DNA of 64,000 nucleotides, from the NCBI GenBank assembly GCA_963701995.1, contig OY969693.1, forward strand, positions 1,926,105 through 1,990,104. Reading direction: 5' to 3'. The notes beneath the pieces were generated by a model. The model saw only the letters and a program-made list of their open reading frames with translations. It ran no database searches and was not told the DNA's origin. This DNA is from Methanobacteriota archaeon. Lineage in GTDB: Archaea; Halobacteriota; Bog-38; Methanoflorentales; Methanoflorentaceae. Positions 39,671 to 49,433 of this stretch are shown here, piece by piece (position 1 is the first letter of the stretch; each line of letters begins with the position of its first letter). The translations under genes and the position numbers were made by a program.

Positions 39671-40492
39671 ATGGATGTTAAAGAAAGCATGAATAGACAA
39701 TATGACTTTAGCGTTAACGACGTGAGTGCCGTTTACGCTGGACCAGGCGGAAAACTGTGGGAACTTTTAATGGGTGAAGAGATCCACGTCGGTGGGGCCG
39801 AACAGACAGATTATTTAGCAAAGAAAGTCGGCATTGATAGGAGGGGCAAGGATCTCATCCTCTTAGACATATGTTCTGCCCTCGGCGGTCCTGCCCGGCA
39901 CCTGGTCGAAAAATATGGCATCAGCGTCATCGGAGTGGATATCACGCCGGAAATGATCGCAGAAGCCCAAAAGCGCACCATAGGTAAACCCTTCAAGGAC
40001 AAGATCGAATATCGCTTTGGTTCCGCCCTAGACTTGCCCGCTCATGCGAAGTCTTTTGATGTCGTGTGGGGTCAAGACTCCTGGTGCTATGTCAGGGACA
40101 AGAAACGGCTCATCGACGAAACGGCACGAGTACTCAAGTCCGGTGGGACTTTGGCGTTTACGGATTGGATTTGGGGTTCGGTACAAGCCCCCCTAAATGA
40201 GGCGGATTTCCTAATGGCGTTTATGGTATTTCCCGATTTGCAGACCTTGGATGGATATGCAAATTTGATTCGGGCAGCAGGATTGAAATTAAAAGAACAA
40301 GAAGACCTGAGTGTTGATTTCGCGCAGAATATGGGTCAATACTTGGTTACCCTAAAGAAGAACAAGGGGAACATCATTCCAGGCTTTGGCAATGATCTGT
40401 ATAATGAAGCGGAAAAGGGCATAATGGCTTGGAATAAGGCCGCCCACGAAAGAAAAGTTGGACGAGGACTCTGGATTGCAACTAAAATGTGA
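39671..40492 (+). CDS. Class I SAM-dependent methyltransferase
   Basis: LILLDICSALGGPARHL and VIGVDITPEMI. Start taken at MDVKESMNRQ. Confidence 0.75.
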   Translation: MDVKESMNRQYDFSVNDVSAVYAGPGGKLWELLMGEEIHVGGAEQTDYLAKKVGIDRRGKDLILLDICSALGGPARHLVEKYGISVIGVDITPEMIAEAQKRTIGKPFKDKIEYRFGSALDLPAHAKSFDVVWGQDSWCYVRDKKRLIDETARVLKSGGTLAFTDWIWGSVQAPLNEADFLMAFMVFPDLQTLDGYANLIRAAGLKLKEQEDLSVDFAQNMGQYLVTLKKNKGNIIPGFGNDLYNEAEKGIMAWNKAAHERKVGRGLWIATKM

Positions 40493-41324
40493 ATCTGTCG
40501 AACCTAAGTCGCACGGAACAGAACATGGAGCAATAAGGAACGTCGTTATCATATTTTCTAAGGTTCCGGTGGCCGGGACCGTAAAAACTCGCCTTATCCA
40601 AGACTCCAGTTTAGACGCAGAGCATGCTGCCTTACTCGCCGAGGCAATGTTGAAGGATACAATAGTGCTTTCCGCCGAAAGTAACGCGAGCGAAATCGTG
40701 ATTGGATTTACCCCTGCAGACGAACGGGAATCCATGGAGCGGATTGTAAAGGAAGTCGTGAAGGAGAGACATGTGGAAAGACCTATTACATTTCTCACCC
40801 AAAGCGGCACGAATTTTGATGAGCGATTTGGATCCGTGGTCTCCGCAGCTTTTGCCATGGGCTCGGAAAATTTAGTAATTTTGGGCGACGACCTCCCTTA
40901 TTTACCCCCGGATATTATAAACCGCGCATTCTCATTTCTCATGGAAGATAGGAGCAATGATTCCGTAGTTCTCGGTCCCGCTGGCGAGGGAGGCATTTAT
41001 CTCGTGGGAATTACACGGCATTTCGATCCGGAATATTTTTCAAAAAACCAGCTGTTTTCCGGGGGCGTGGAAATCTCTCAATTCATAAAACTTTGTAAAA
41101 ATGAAGGAAGGGTTCTAAAATTACTCCCCGCATTCACTGATGTTGATATCGAAGGAGATCTGGTCTCCCTCCTGCTTTATATTGATGCTATGAAAATCGC
41201 AAAGAAGTTCGAAGGGTTTTATTTTCCTAGTTACACCGCAGATGCAATAACCCAGCTCAGACTGATCGTCTTGGAGCATAGAGGAGAAACTAGACATCGA
41301 AGGATTGGCATAATGCGAGCGTGA
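40458..41324 (+). CDS. DUF2064 / TIGR04282-type nucleotidyl- or glycosyl-transferase-like protein
   Basis: VVIIFSKVPVAGTVKTRL is the signature N-terminus I recall for DUF2064. The exact start is uncertain; the track ATG overlaps the upstream gene by 35 nt. Confidence 0.6.
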   Translation: MDEDSGLQLKCESVEPKSHGTEHGAIRNVVIIFSKVPVAGTVKTRLIQDSSLDAEHAALLAEAMLKDTIVLSAESNASEIVIGFTPADERESMERIVKEVVKERHVERPITFLTQSGTNFDERFGSVVSAAFAMGSENLVILGDDLPYLPPDIINRAFSFLMEDRSNDSVVLGPAGEGGIYLVGITRHFDPEYFSKNQLFSGGVEISQFIKLCKNEGRVLKLLPAFTDVDIEGDLVSLLLYIDAMKIAKKFEGFYFPSYTADAITQLRLIVLEHRGETRHRRIGIMRA

Positions 41325-41506
41325 GCGGATTGTTAATTTCCGTTATCACCATAACTCTAAATGAGGCCACAAATCTTTCCATAACAATACAGAAAGCCCG
41401 AGAAGCGTCCCAGACTCCAAAAGCGTGGGGGGGTATCCCGCCAGGCGGAGCGGAGCAAAAGAAGGCCGAGTACTACAAGGGCAAGGAAGTGAAAGGGAGA
41501 AAGTAG
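41321..41506 (+). pseudogene. Truncated N-terminus of a second GT2-type glycosyltransferase
   Basis: LISVITITLNEATNL is a GT2 N-terminal beta-strand/NE motif. The ORF then degenerates into low-complexity sequence and stops, just before junction repeat copy 3. Confidence 0.45.
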
Positions 41507-41694
41507 TCACACACGTCTAGTTTTGATCGTGAATGCAATAATAACGAGGCCTTAGCATTGCTTAGGAACCATTCCGACTCAGCGACCTCCCGCGAGAAGC
41601 TAGTATCGTTCCAATATCGTTATATACATCATAGACGGGTGCCCAGGCAGCGGGCTTGTAATGCGCCCACTCGACTTGATCTGGGGCTGCTGTC

Positions 41695-41760
41695 GGAGCC
41701 TGTATTAGGCTCCGGTTGCTGTGTTGATCTTACCTCAAGGTGTTGAAAAGTTGCTAAGTC
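41695..41760. repeat. Junction repeat copy 3 (hairpin A + TTGCTAAGT tail)
   Basis: GGAGCCTGTATTAGGCTCCGGTTGCTGTGT..GTTGCTAAGTC. The hairpin is identical to copy 1. Confidence 0.7.
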
Positions 41761-41879
41761 GATCGAAGCCATATAGTCCTTCTCTCTCAGGCGGCTAAAA
41801 AAACTACAGTGCTCTCCCGATACCTAGTCCCAGAATGCGTGCGGCATACGTGGAATGACCTAGAGCCTCACCGAAGCGA

Positions 41880-44810
41880 TTATTCGCTGTACCGTACCGC
41901 ATCAGCGGGCGGCAGCGCGGCGGCGGCGCGCGCTGGTCCGAGCGTACACACGATGGCAGCAATGTAAATGATAACGTAGATCGCAACGAGGAGCGTAACG
42001 GGGATGGTGAAGGGGTTCGTTGGCTGGCTGATGCTGAGATAAGCGGCGTATGAACTCGCGACTCCTGTAATCAGCCCGATCAGCGATCCGAGTATGGTAA
42101 TAAAGAGCACTTCGATGAGCATCGACAGGAAGACTTTGCGTTTCTCCAACCCTATCGCCAGCATAATGCCGATGTCTCGGCGGCGCTCGAGGACAGATCG
42201 CACCGCGATAATCCCAAGCGATGCGACGCCAATGATGAGGCCGAGACCGAGGAATATCTGTATGACGCCGTAGACCACATTGTTCTGTTGGTTCAGCTGG
42301 AGCACCTCATCGCGAATGACTCCAGCATCAACGCCGTACTGCTGGAAGTCTCTCTTGAGGTTGTAGGTCACGTTCAGAGGATCGACCCCTGGTGCCGTTT
42401 TGATGAGAAAGAGGCTGTTGCCCGCGATGGTAGGAAAGACCTGCCGCATCGCCGGTTTGCCCATGAACACGCCGTGGAGGTACGATTCGTCAAGCACGCC
42501 CGTCACCGTAAACGCGGTCGTTCCGTTGGCAGTGGCGAGGCGCACCGTATCGCCGGCCTTCACGGGAGTGGTGCTGCTTCCGAAGGTGTACCCTGCATCA
42601 AGGATAACGTTCTTGGGATTGGCAAGCGACTGCCAAACCGCCTGGGAAGTCATACTTTTAGCGGTGTTTTGAAAACTGTACGTCGCGTGCCTGACGAACG
42701 ATGCATCTATGCCGTACACGGTGTCGAACGGTGGCCCTTGGTACCGCACCGTTTGATTGTTAATGGTCAGCCCGTATACCGACGTGGTGAAGAGCCCGTC
42801 GCTGTAGGTTATCTTCGAGGTGTCGAAGGGGACAACTGACGGAGAGACCGCACCAGACGTTTGTGCAGTGACCGCTCCTCCCGCTGGCACTGCCCGCGGC
42901 GCGTTCGTGAGGTTTGAGAGCGGGACGGCCGAAGTCGCACGCACATCATACCCGCCAGCTTGTTGCGCGACATTAACTTGGTACGTCGCGCCCTGGATCG
43001 CGAAAAACACTATGATAAAGGTGACGAGCGAGAACATAGTGACGGTCAAGCCCGTCCGGAACATCTTATTGAAGGGATACGCGAGCGACGGTTTGATGAT
43101 CGCCCCGAGTGCTCGTGTGCGGCCGAACGTGCCGTTCACCGCTCGAATGAGCGTGGTCACATTCACGACGGCGATGAGCACCACCCCGATGACCAGCAGG
43201 ATGCCCCCAGCCACGATCAACGTATTTGCGTCTGTGCCGCTCAGATCTGCTAGTGTGTAGATGCTCAGATACAGAATGTAGGCGACGAGCGCGATGCCTG
43301 CCACCGAAAATGTCCATCGACTGCTCGTGAAGCGTGACCCAACCACGCCGGCGCCCAAGATGGCGAGCGAAGGCGCGATCACCTTGATGAGCACGTTTGA
43401 CCCTGCCACAACGTAGAGCGCAACGCCGAGCACCACGAGCAGCGCGCTCGCCGCGACGACTCGGGTGCTGCGCCGCGTATCGCCCTCTTCCTCAGTGTTT
43501 CGTATAGCCTGGATGATGTTGATCCTGCTAATCCGGAAGGACGTCAGGCCTATTGTCGCGAGCGTCACGATCATGCCAATCAGAAACGCCTCGAGCACCA
43601 TGGAAGCGCTGTAATGGACGGACAAAGAGGTGCCGAGGTTCACAAAGATCGAATTAAATCCGTACGTGAGGGCCGCGCCCACACCGATGCCGACCACGGA
43701 CCCGAGCGCTGCCGCGATCACTGCATAAATGACGCCCTCAAACAGGACGAGCTCCATCAGGTGACCGCGCGGCAGTCCTATGGCGCGCACGATCCCGAGC
43801 TCGCCTTTTCGTTCCTCCGCAAGCATGACAAAGATGTTGATGATAAGCGCCACGCCTGCGGCGACCGAAAAAGCACCGAGCAACACGAAGAGGCTCGATA
43901 TCTGGGCACCAGTATTTTGCGCCTGGGTCAGCAGGTTCTGTTTGATAGGGCTCACCGTAAAGCTGAGAGGGAGGCCCGCAAGCGCGTGCGTCACCGCATC
44001 GACAACGGCAGGAGAGGCTGCGGCGCCGTTTTCGACAGTTCCCGTATTGGTGATACGAATCCCGGTAATTTGTCCCGGCATTTGCGCGAATGCCTGGGCG
44101 GTCTCGAGCGCGGTGTATATGTTGAGATTCAGGCCATACTGCGCCTTCCCCTCATCTTGCGCGATGTACTTAATCGTAAAATTATGTGCTCTCGGCGCCG
44201 CACCTGTGCTCCCCCCATACACCGTTAGCGTATCACCGACGTGCGCGTTGAGCTCGTGGGCGAGCTTGTTTTGAATGAGCACCTCGTCAGCGCGAAGGTC
44301 CGTCGCATCCGTGCGTGTCCCGTCAAGGAGAGTAAACGAGCCGAAGCTCTTATCGATGGTAAGGTTCGTGCCAAAAACCCGTGCACCGGTTGCGGTGACG
44401 CCATTGCTCGCGTCAAGAACCGACGGCACGTTGATAGACACTTCCGGCGCGATGCCAGCGACAAGCCCCGTCACGGTCGGGTTCGCGGCGAGCTTATCGT
44501 ACACTGAAGAGTTGAAGAACTGGTAGTTTCCGTACTGGCTCCCGACAGTCACCACTTCGTCGACCGCTCCCAACGAATCGTAGGCGATTTTTTGGATCGT
44601 GTAATTGAATGAGTCACCCGCCACGAGCGATCCTGAGATTACTGCCGTGCTGATGAGCAGCCCAACGATGACGACGGCGGTGTTTTTCGGGCGCCGTGAA
44701 AAATTTCGCACGCCCATCGTAAAGAGGATTCTGTGCCTGACTGCGAGCAGAGCGGTAAAAAGGAGTATCAGTCCGACAATCACCGCCAGGAGAGTTGTCG
44801 TCAAATCCAT
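41880..44810 (-). CDS. ABC transporter permease, FtsX/MacB-type, duplicated module with large extracytoplasmic domains
   Basis: About 976 aa. There are two FtsX-like 4-TM blocks (..ERKGELGIVRAIGL.. and ..ERRRDIGIMLAIGL..), each preceded by a long soluble segment. Start taken at MDLTTT after GAGGA. Confidence 0.8.
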   Translation of the reverse strand: MDLTTTLLAVIVGLILLFTALLAVRHRILFTMGVRNFSRRPKNTAVVIVGLLISTAVISGSLVAGDSFNYTIQKIAYDSLGAVDEVVTVGSQYGNYQFFNSSVYDKLAANPTVTGLVAGIAPEVSINVPSVLDASNGVTATGARVFGTNLTIDKSFGSFTLLDGTRTDATDLRADEVLIQNKLAHELNAHVGDTLTVYGGSTGAAPRAHNFTIKYIAQDEGKAQYGLNLNIYTALETAQAFAQMPGQITGIRITNTGTVENGAAASPAVVDAVTHALAGLPLSFTVSPIKQNLLTQAQNTGAQISSLFVLLGAFSVAAGVALIINIFVMLAEERKGELGIVRAIGLPRGHLMELVLFEGVIYAVIAAALGSVVGIGVGAALTYGFNSIFVNLGTSLSVHYSASMVLEAFLIGMIVTLATIGLTSFRISRINIIQAIRNTEEEGDTRRSTRVVAASALLVVLGVALYVVAGSNVLIKVIAPSLAILGAGVVGSRFTSSRWTFSVAGIALVAYILYLSIYTLADLSGTDANTLIVAGGILLVIGVVLIAVVNVTTLIRAVNGTFGRTRALGAIIKPSLAYPFNKMFRTGLTVTMFSLVTFIIVFFAIQGATYQVNVAQQAGGYDVRATSAVPLSNLTNAPRAVPAGGAVTAQTSGAVSPSVVPFDTSKITYSDGLFTTSVYGLTINNQTVRYQGPPFDTVYGIDASFVRHATYSFQNTAKSMTSQAVWQSLANPKNVILDAGYTFGSSTTPVKAGDTVRLATANGTTAFTVTGVLDESYLHGVFMGKPAMRQVFPTIAGNSLFLIKTAPGVDPLNVTYNLKRDFQQYGVDAGVIRDEVLQLNQQNNVVYGVIQIFLGLGLIIGVASLGIIAVRSVLERRRDIGIMLAIGLEKRKVFLSMLIEVLFITILGSLIGLITGVASSYAAYLSISQPTNPFTIPVTLLVAIYVIIYIAAIVCTLGPARAAAALPPADAVRYSE

Positions 44811-44846
44811 CTGGGTTCCTCGTTTGTGCGCGCACGGTTCAGGCAA

Positions 44847-45563
44847 TTAGGGGGGTAATTCCGAGGCGTTGCCCCCCGGCCGAGCGTTCTCGTCAGACGA
44901 GATCGTGCCATCTTTCATTCCGATGATCCGATCTGCTTGCGCGCCGACGGTCGGGTCGTGCGTTACGATGACGAGTGTCTGGTCATTTTTTATGTTAAAT
45001 TTCTTCAATAGCTCCATAATATTATGCGCATTCTCAGAGTCGAGATTGCCGGTCGGTTCGTCGGCCCACACGATCGCGGGCTTGTTGACGAGCGCTCGCG
45101 CGATCGCCACGCGCTGTTGCTGCCCGCCCGAGAGCTCTGACGGTTTGTGCGTGCTCCAGCGCTCCATGTCTACAAGCGACAGCATGTCTGAGGCACGTCG
45201 GTGCGCTTCATGTGAGTCAACTCCGGCGATAAGGAGGGGTAGCTCCACGTTCTCGTGTGCGGTAAGTACGGGTAACAGGTTGAATGATTGAAAGACAAAA
45301 CCCATACGTTCTGCCCGATAGCGGGCGCGCGCCTTGTCCGACATATGCTCGAGCGGTGTACCGTCAATGCGGATCGTCCCGGTCGTTGGCTCATCGAGTC
45401 CGGAGAGGCAGTTGAGCAGTGTCGTTTTCCCGCTTCCGCTTGGGCCCATTATGGAGACCATCTCTCCCGCAGCAATGGTGAGCGTGATTTGGTGAAGAGC
45501 GTCTACTTCTAAACCTTTTAGTCGATATACTTTAGAAACGTCGAGCGCTTCGACAGCGTTCAT
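44847..45563 (-). CDS. ABC transporter ATP-binding protein (MacB/LolD-like)
   Basis: Walker [10 protein letters not shown], signature [15 protein letters not shown], Walker [13 protein letters not shown]. Confidence 0.9.
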   Translation of the reverse strand: MNAVEALDVSKVYRLKGLEVDALHQITLTIAAGEMVSIMGPSGSGKTTLLNCLSGLDEPTTGTIRIDGTPLEHMSDKARARYRAERMGFVFQSFNLLPVLTAHENVELPLLIAGVDSHEAHRRASDMLSLVDMERWSTHKPSELSGGQQQRVAIARALVNKPAIVWADEPTGNLDSENAHNIMELLKKFNIKNDQTLVIVTHDPTVGAQADRIIGMKDGTISSDENARPGGNASELPP

Positions 45564-45682
45564 TCATATTCCCCCTCAAAACGTCATTATTATTCCTTAT
45601 AGATTTTGCTCTGCATACTAGCTCCGGTCCTATGTAATACATCCTCGGTCTCTGTTTCTATGCACTGTCCGCCGTTAAGAAG

Positions 45683-45830
45683 TCACTCACCAGATCTAGC
45701 GTAGAGCCCCACACCTGTCCAAAACTTCACATATGCGTCATACACGTGTTCCGGGAGCGGATGCCGCTAGTTGCTCCACCGACGCGCATACCGCGAGGCT
45801 GTCCATACTCGAAGAGTTATGCATCACACG
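45683..45830 (-). pseudogene. Integrase C-terminal remnant with in-frame stop
   Basis: The reverse strand reads ..RRWSN*RHPLPEHVYDAYVKFW... The DNA is collinear with 34995-35080 (..GTCATACACGTG..AGCGGATGCCG.TAGTTGCTCCA..). Confidence 0.6.
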
Positions 45831-46219
45831 CGCTGATGCACAGAGAGCAAGGGAAAGACGAACGGAACCAGAATCAGACCGATCGCCCACAAACTGTATA
45901 CTGTTATGACTCGCCGACTATAGTCTGCTTTGCGGGCGCGGTCGCCGCGCCGAACGATACTCAGCGCTAGAAGCAAGAAGGTCAGTGAGTTAAGCCCGCA
46001 CGATAAGAAAAATAACCCGGCAAGGACCACGGACAATGAGCCTTGCGGCGTACCGGCGAGAAGCACAAATGATCCGATCATAACAGCGAGTGCGGTGGCG
46101 AGGGCGAATTCGAGGATAATAAAGCGGGCTCCGTTAAGGGCCATATCCATTCGGACGAGGTCGCGCACCTCGATGACTACACTAGGGCGATATCCGTTTT
46201 GATCCGGGGTTGACGTCAT
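45824..46219 (-). CDS. Hypothetical membrane protein
   Basis: 131-aa ORF with 3-4 hydrophobic spans. No family recognised. Confidence 0.4.
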   Translation of the reverse strand: MTSTPDQNGYRPSVVIEVRDLVRMDMALNGARFIILEFALATALAVMIGSFVLLAGTPQGSLSVVLAGLFFLSCGLNSLTFLLLALSIVRRGDRARKADYSRRVITVYSLWAIGLILVPFVFPLLSVHQRV

Positions 46220-46267
46220 GCGCTCTCCCTCAACTCAAACCGTATGCTGATCTCCTCAGTGCGTTGT

Positions 46268-46923
46268 CTAGCCGGGGTGCAGTCGACGCACAGCGTTAAG
46301 TGCAAAGACGAGCAGCCACGTGGCCTCGGCAGCAGGAATACTTACAAACGCGATGCCCATCGAAGCGAGGAAGACAAGAGGGGCGACTGCATTCCTGAGT
46401 GTAGTTGCGTGAATATGCTGCGTGCTCAGCATCGTTGCCACAAGCCGATGATTGTGCGATGCGTAGAGCCAGAGCGCACTCAAAAGCAGACCTGTGATCG
46501 CGAGCGTCGCCGCATAGAGTATAACGGCAATCAGCTGGTCGCCGTATGCGCTGAGCACCCCCGTCGGAAATGGAATTAGTGCGACGAAAAGCAGAAAGAA
46601 AAGATTGATCCAAGCGAGCCTTCGGTCGTAGCGTTCGATATAGTGGAACGTGCGCTGATGCGCCATCCAGTACGCCCTATCACCAAAAAGCTGAGCGCAT
46701 AGCTAAAGAGTCTCGGCACGGTGGCGAGCAGTGCTGAGGGCAATTCGGTCGAGACAGCGCCCGGTTGAATGACCGGGAGCGCGACATTAAGCACGAGCAG
46801 CGTAATCGCTATCGCAAAGACCCCGTCGCTGAAGAAAATGAGGCGATCTAAGGCTTTGCGCTCATGGTAGGATATCTCCGACGACGGGACCGACGTCTCT
46901 TTTTTTGCGGAGATTTTGACCAC
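46268..46923 (-). pseudogene. TMEM175/DUF1211-family channel-like protein, frameshifted
   Basis: DRLIFFSDGVFAIAITLLVL (DUF1211 signature), then SFLVIG. The expected continuation (Y)WMAHQRTFHYIERYD.. is in another frame, with the overlap at 46576-46666. Confidence 0.65.
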
Positions 46924-47134
46924 CTGCTACCAAGCCGGCGCTTAGGCCTCTACGTGCTTCGACATGTACGCAGAATTATGACTGCGTTCAGCGCGATGAT
47001 ATCCACATAGATAGCTGAATAAATCTCAGTATCTCCCTTTTTTAAGCCTCTCCTACTCGCTAGCTGCAATTCTGTCCCTGTAGTTCACCTCTATGAGGTG
47101 CATCTTCTTTCAGGTGATGCCCGGCCAGCCGGCC

Positions 47135-47509
47135 TTATTTCGCAGACGGGTCCATCTCCATGACGCCAAAAACGTTCCCTTCTGTGTCCGTGCAGTAGGC
47201 GAGATACCCCTGGCCCGCTACGGCCATTTTTGGCATCATAACGTTTCCGCCGGCGTCCACGATCTTTTTCGTGAAGTCATCGACAGATGCGACGCTGATG
47301 GTGTTGACCGTAACCTGCTCAGGCATCCTGCGCGGCATTATCGCACCGTTAATTCCCGGTTCGTCATCGGGTCCTGTCGTGACTAGCCAGTAGTCCATAG
47401 GCGCTTCCCACTTTGTGATGGTCCACCCAAACACCTTCTCGTAAAACGCTATCGCCCGCTTTGGGTCGTCGGCAGGCAGCTCGAAATACATTACTCTTCC
47501 TCTTGGCAT
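47135..47509 (-). CDS. VOC/glyoxalase-family protein
   Basis: MPRGRVMYFELPADDPKRAIAFYEKVFGW..GYLAYCTDTEGNVFGVME. Confidence 0.75.
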   Translation of the reverse strand: MPRGRVMYFELPADDPKRAIAFYEKVFGWTITKWEAPMDYWLVTTGPDDEPGINGAIMPRRMPEQVTVNTISVASVDDFTKKIVDAGGNVMMPKMAVAGQGYLAYCTDTEGNVFGVMEMDPSAK

Positions 47510-47760
47510 TATTATCCTCCCTAAGGTTTTTTGCAAGTCTTTGTGACGCTGATACTTACGCACGTTGGCCGGGAACCGTGTGCGAGATGCTTTTATGCCG
47601 CGGAAAGCACGGAATCAAGTTTGTGGTGAGCTGAAGTGTTCGATACCAAGCTGTCAGCAGACTTCCGGTTGATGCATTATCCAACTGAAGTTCTGCGGGT
47701 AGCTATCGACGTCCCGTGCGCAACGATCTGGCTCAAGGAAACTAGCAATTGCGGTGATAA

Positions 47761-47790
47761 CGTGTATTAGGCTCCGCTTGCTTTGTTGAG
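47761..47790. repeat. Junction repeat copy 4 (5' arm of hairpin A missing)
   Basis: TGTATTAGGCTCCGCTTGCTTTGTTGAG, compared with TGTATTAGGCTCCGGTTGCTGTGTTGAT at 41701. Confidence 0.55.
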
Positions 47791-47905
47791 TTTTGTTTCA
47801 AACTGCGAGGATGCCGCTTAGGCCGAAGCTGCTCGTTTCTAGCTGTCTACACTCACATCGGCACGATGCTCAGAGAACTTTCGCAGATCTGAGGCAACAA
47901 AATGT

Positions 47906-48376
47906 TTGTTTTTCATGCATGGTACTAAAAGCAAAAACTTAAGTCAGCGCCCTCCGCAACCTTTTCCTATGCCGTTCGTTCATCAACCTGAGTATATACC
48001 TGGAATTCCAGCAGCCACCATTACAACCCCCACTAATAATACGCGGGTGGAAAACTCAGAATTTGTTAAAGGCACAGCCCATAACATTGAGGGAGGACAA
48101 TATTGGCTATGGCTTGCATTATATGGTTACAACGCGAACCGCCATTACCCACAAGATGGTCCCGTTGTTGTCTCCTCAGACGGTCAATGGGAGATGACTG
48201 CTTCTTTTGGGAGCAGCGGAAGGTATGATATTACTGCGCTCGCTGCAGACAAAGACGCCAACGAGATTCTCTTACTATACCAAGCGGCCAGTGAGTCGAG
48301 TGGTGATTATCCGGGGTTGCCTGCCCTTCCTTCAGGATGCATAACGCTGGCTTCAGTCACCGTCTCTAGAACGTAG
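47906..48376 (+). CDS. Hypothetical protein
   Basis: 156-aa ORF with protein-like composition. No motif recognised. Confidence 0.4.
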   Translation: MFFMHGTKSKNLSQRPPQPFPMPFVHQPEYIPGIPAATITTPTNNTRVENSEFVKGTAHNIEGGQYWLWLALYGYNANRHYPQDGPVVVSSDGQWEMTASFGSSGRYDITALAADKDANEILLLYQAASESSGDYPGLPALPSGCITLASVTVSRT

Positions 48377-48510
48377 CTTTAACCGTGTACTATTCGTTCA
48401 AGCAGGGTTACTGAAGCAAAAAAAGTACTTTGTCAGCGCAAGCTTTCTTCTCTAACAACTAAACTGAATTGATGCTTGCTGCGCTCACATTTTTGGTTCG
48501 TGTTTAGCAT

Positions 48511-48546
48511 CTGCCGGTCGGAGCCCCCACCAGGCTCCAGCGGCAG
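48511..48546 (+). terminator. Extended stem-loop with GGAGCC/GGCTCC core followed by TTTT
   Basis: CTGCCGGTCGGAGCCCCCACCAGGCTCCAGCGGCAG, then TTTT. Lies between two plus-strand ORFs. Confidence 0.35.
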
Positions 48547-48587
48547 TTTTATTCGGAGTAGAGAAGAATTACTGATATTATAAAGGC

Positions 48588-49049
48588 ATGAAGATACCAA
48601 AGTTAGCAGTTACGGACAAAGACAATATGATCGCGGAGCGTGTCGGTAAAACCGACCACAAAACGCTAGCAGTCTGGGCTTGTGATTGTGCTGAACGTGC
48701 ACTGCCCTATTTTGAAAATAAATACCCGCAGGATAACCGTCCGAGGCTAGCTATTGAAGCAGGTCGAGCGTGGGTGAAAACTGGCGTGTTTAAGATGGAT
48801 ATACGCAAGATTGCACTTGCAGCTCATGCGGCAGCTCGTGAAGTAAAAGATGAAAATGCAGCTCGCGCAGCTGCCCGTGCAGCAGGTCAAGCGTTGTCTA
48901 CTGCACATGTTCCCACCCACGCTGTCGCTGCTGCCATTTACGCAGCAACCGCTGTCCGCGACGCCGTTGAACCTGCTAACGCCGAGATAGCCACAGACAA
49001 AGAGCGTGAGTGGCAATTGCAGCATTTACTTAACTTGTCGGAAAGCTAA
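48588..49049 (+). CDS. Helical Ala-rich protein resembling 'putative immunity protein' (Imm5-like) families
   Basis: TLAVWACDCAERALPYFE..DNRPRLAIEAGRAWVKTG..AAHAAAREV..AARAAGQALSTAHV.THA. The family call is from memory only. Confidence 0.4.
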   Translation: MKIPKLAVTDKDNMIAERVGKTDHKTLAVWACDCAERALPYFENKYPQDNRPRLAIEAGRAWVKTGVFKMDIRKIALAAHAAAREVKDENAARAAARAAGQALSTAHVPTHAVAAAIYAATAVRDAVEPANAEIATDKEREWQLQHLLNLSES

Positions 49050-49433
49050 GCCATGCCAACGATTTCATTGGCTTACAAACCCAGAAGCTGCTTCTTTTTT
49101 GCAGCAAACTCAGCCTCTGTCACTAAGCCTTGCTCTTTGAGCTTAGCTAGTTTGGTTAATTCGTCGTCGACACTAGGCTGGCTGACTGGTGCTGCTGCCG
49201 CGTGCCTTGCTTGCTTAACAGATCATACGGCAGTAAAGTGAGCAGGCTCATCAGCTAACGTCGGAAGGTTGCTATACCGGTTCACACGTCGGAGCCTCCA
49301 TCATACTCGGAATTCTCATACTACTTGAACACAGGAGCAGCTGCTTGCTAAGCAGGCTCATCGGGCAAGCTATTTGACATCAATACACAATGAACAGAGA
49401 TTATGGACTTTGGAGAATACATTAAGTTTGCAA

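Noticed and set aside
41880-44850. Multiple plus-strand ORFs (42288..42839, 42820..43260, 43614..44228, 43780..44274, etc.)
   Set aside because: All are antisense to the long, motif-supported FtsX-type permease gene, with no independent signals.
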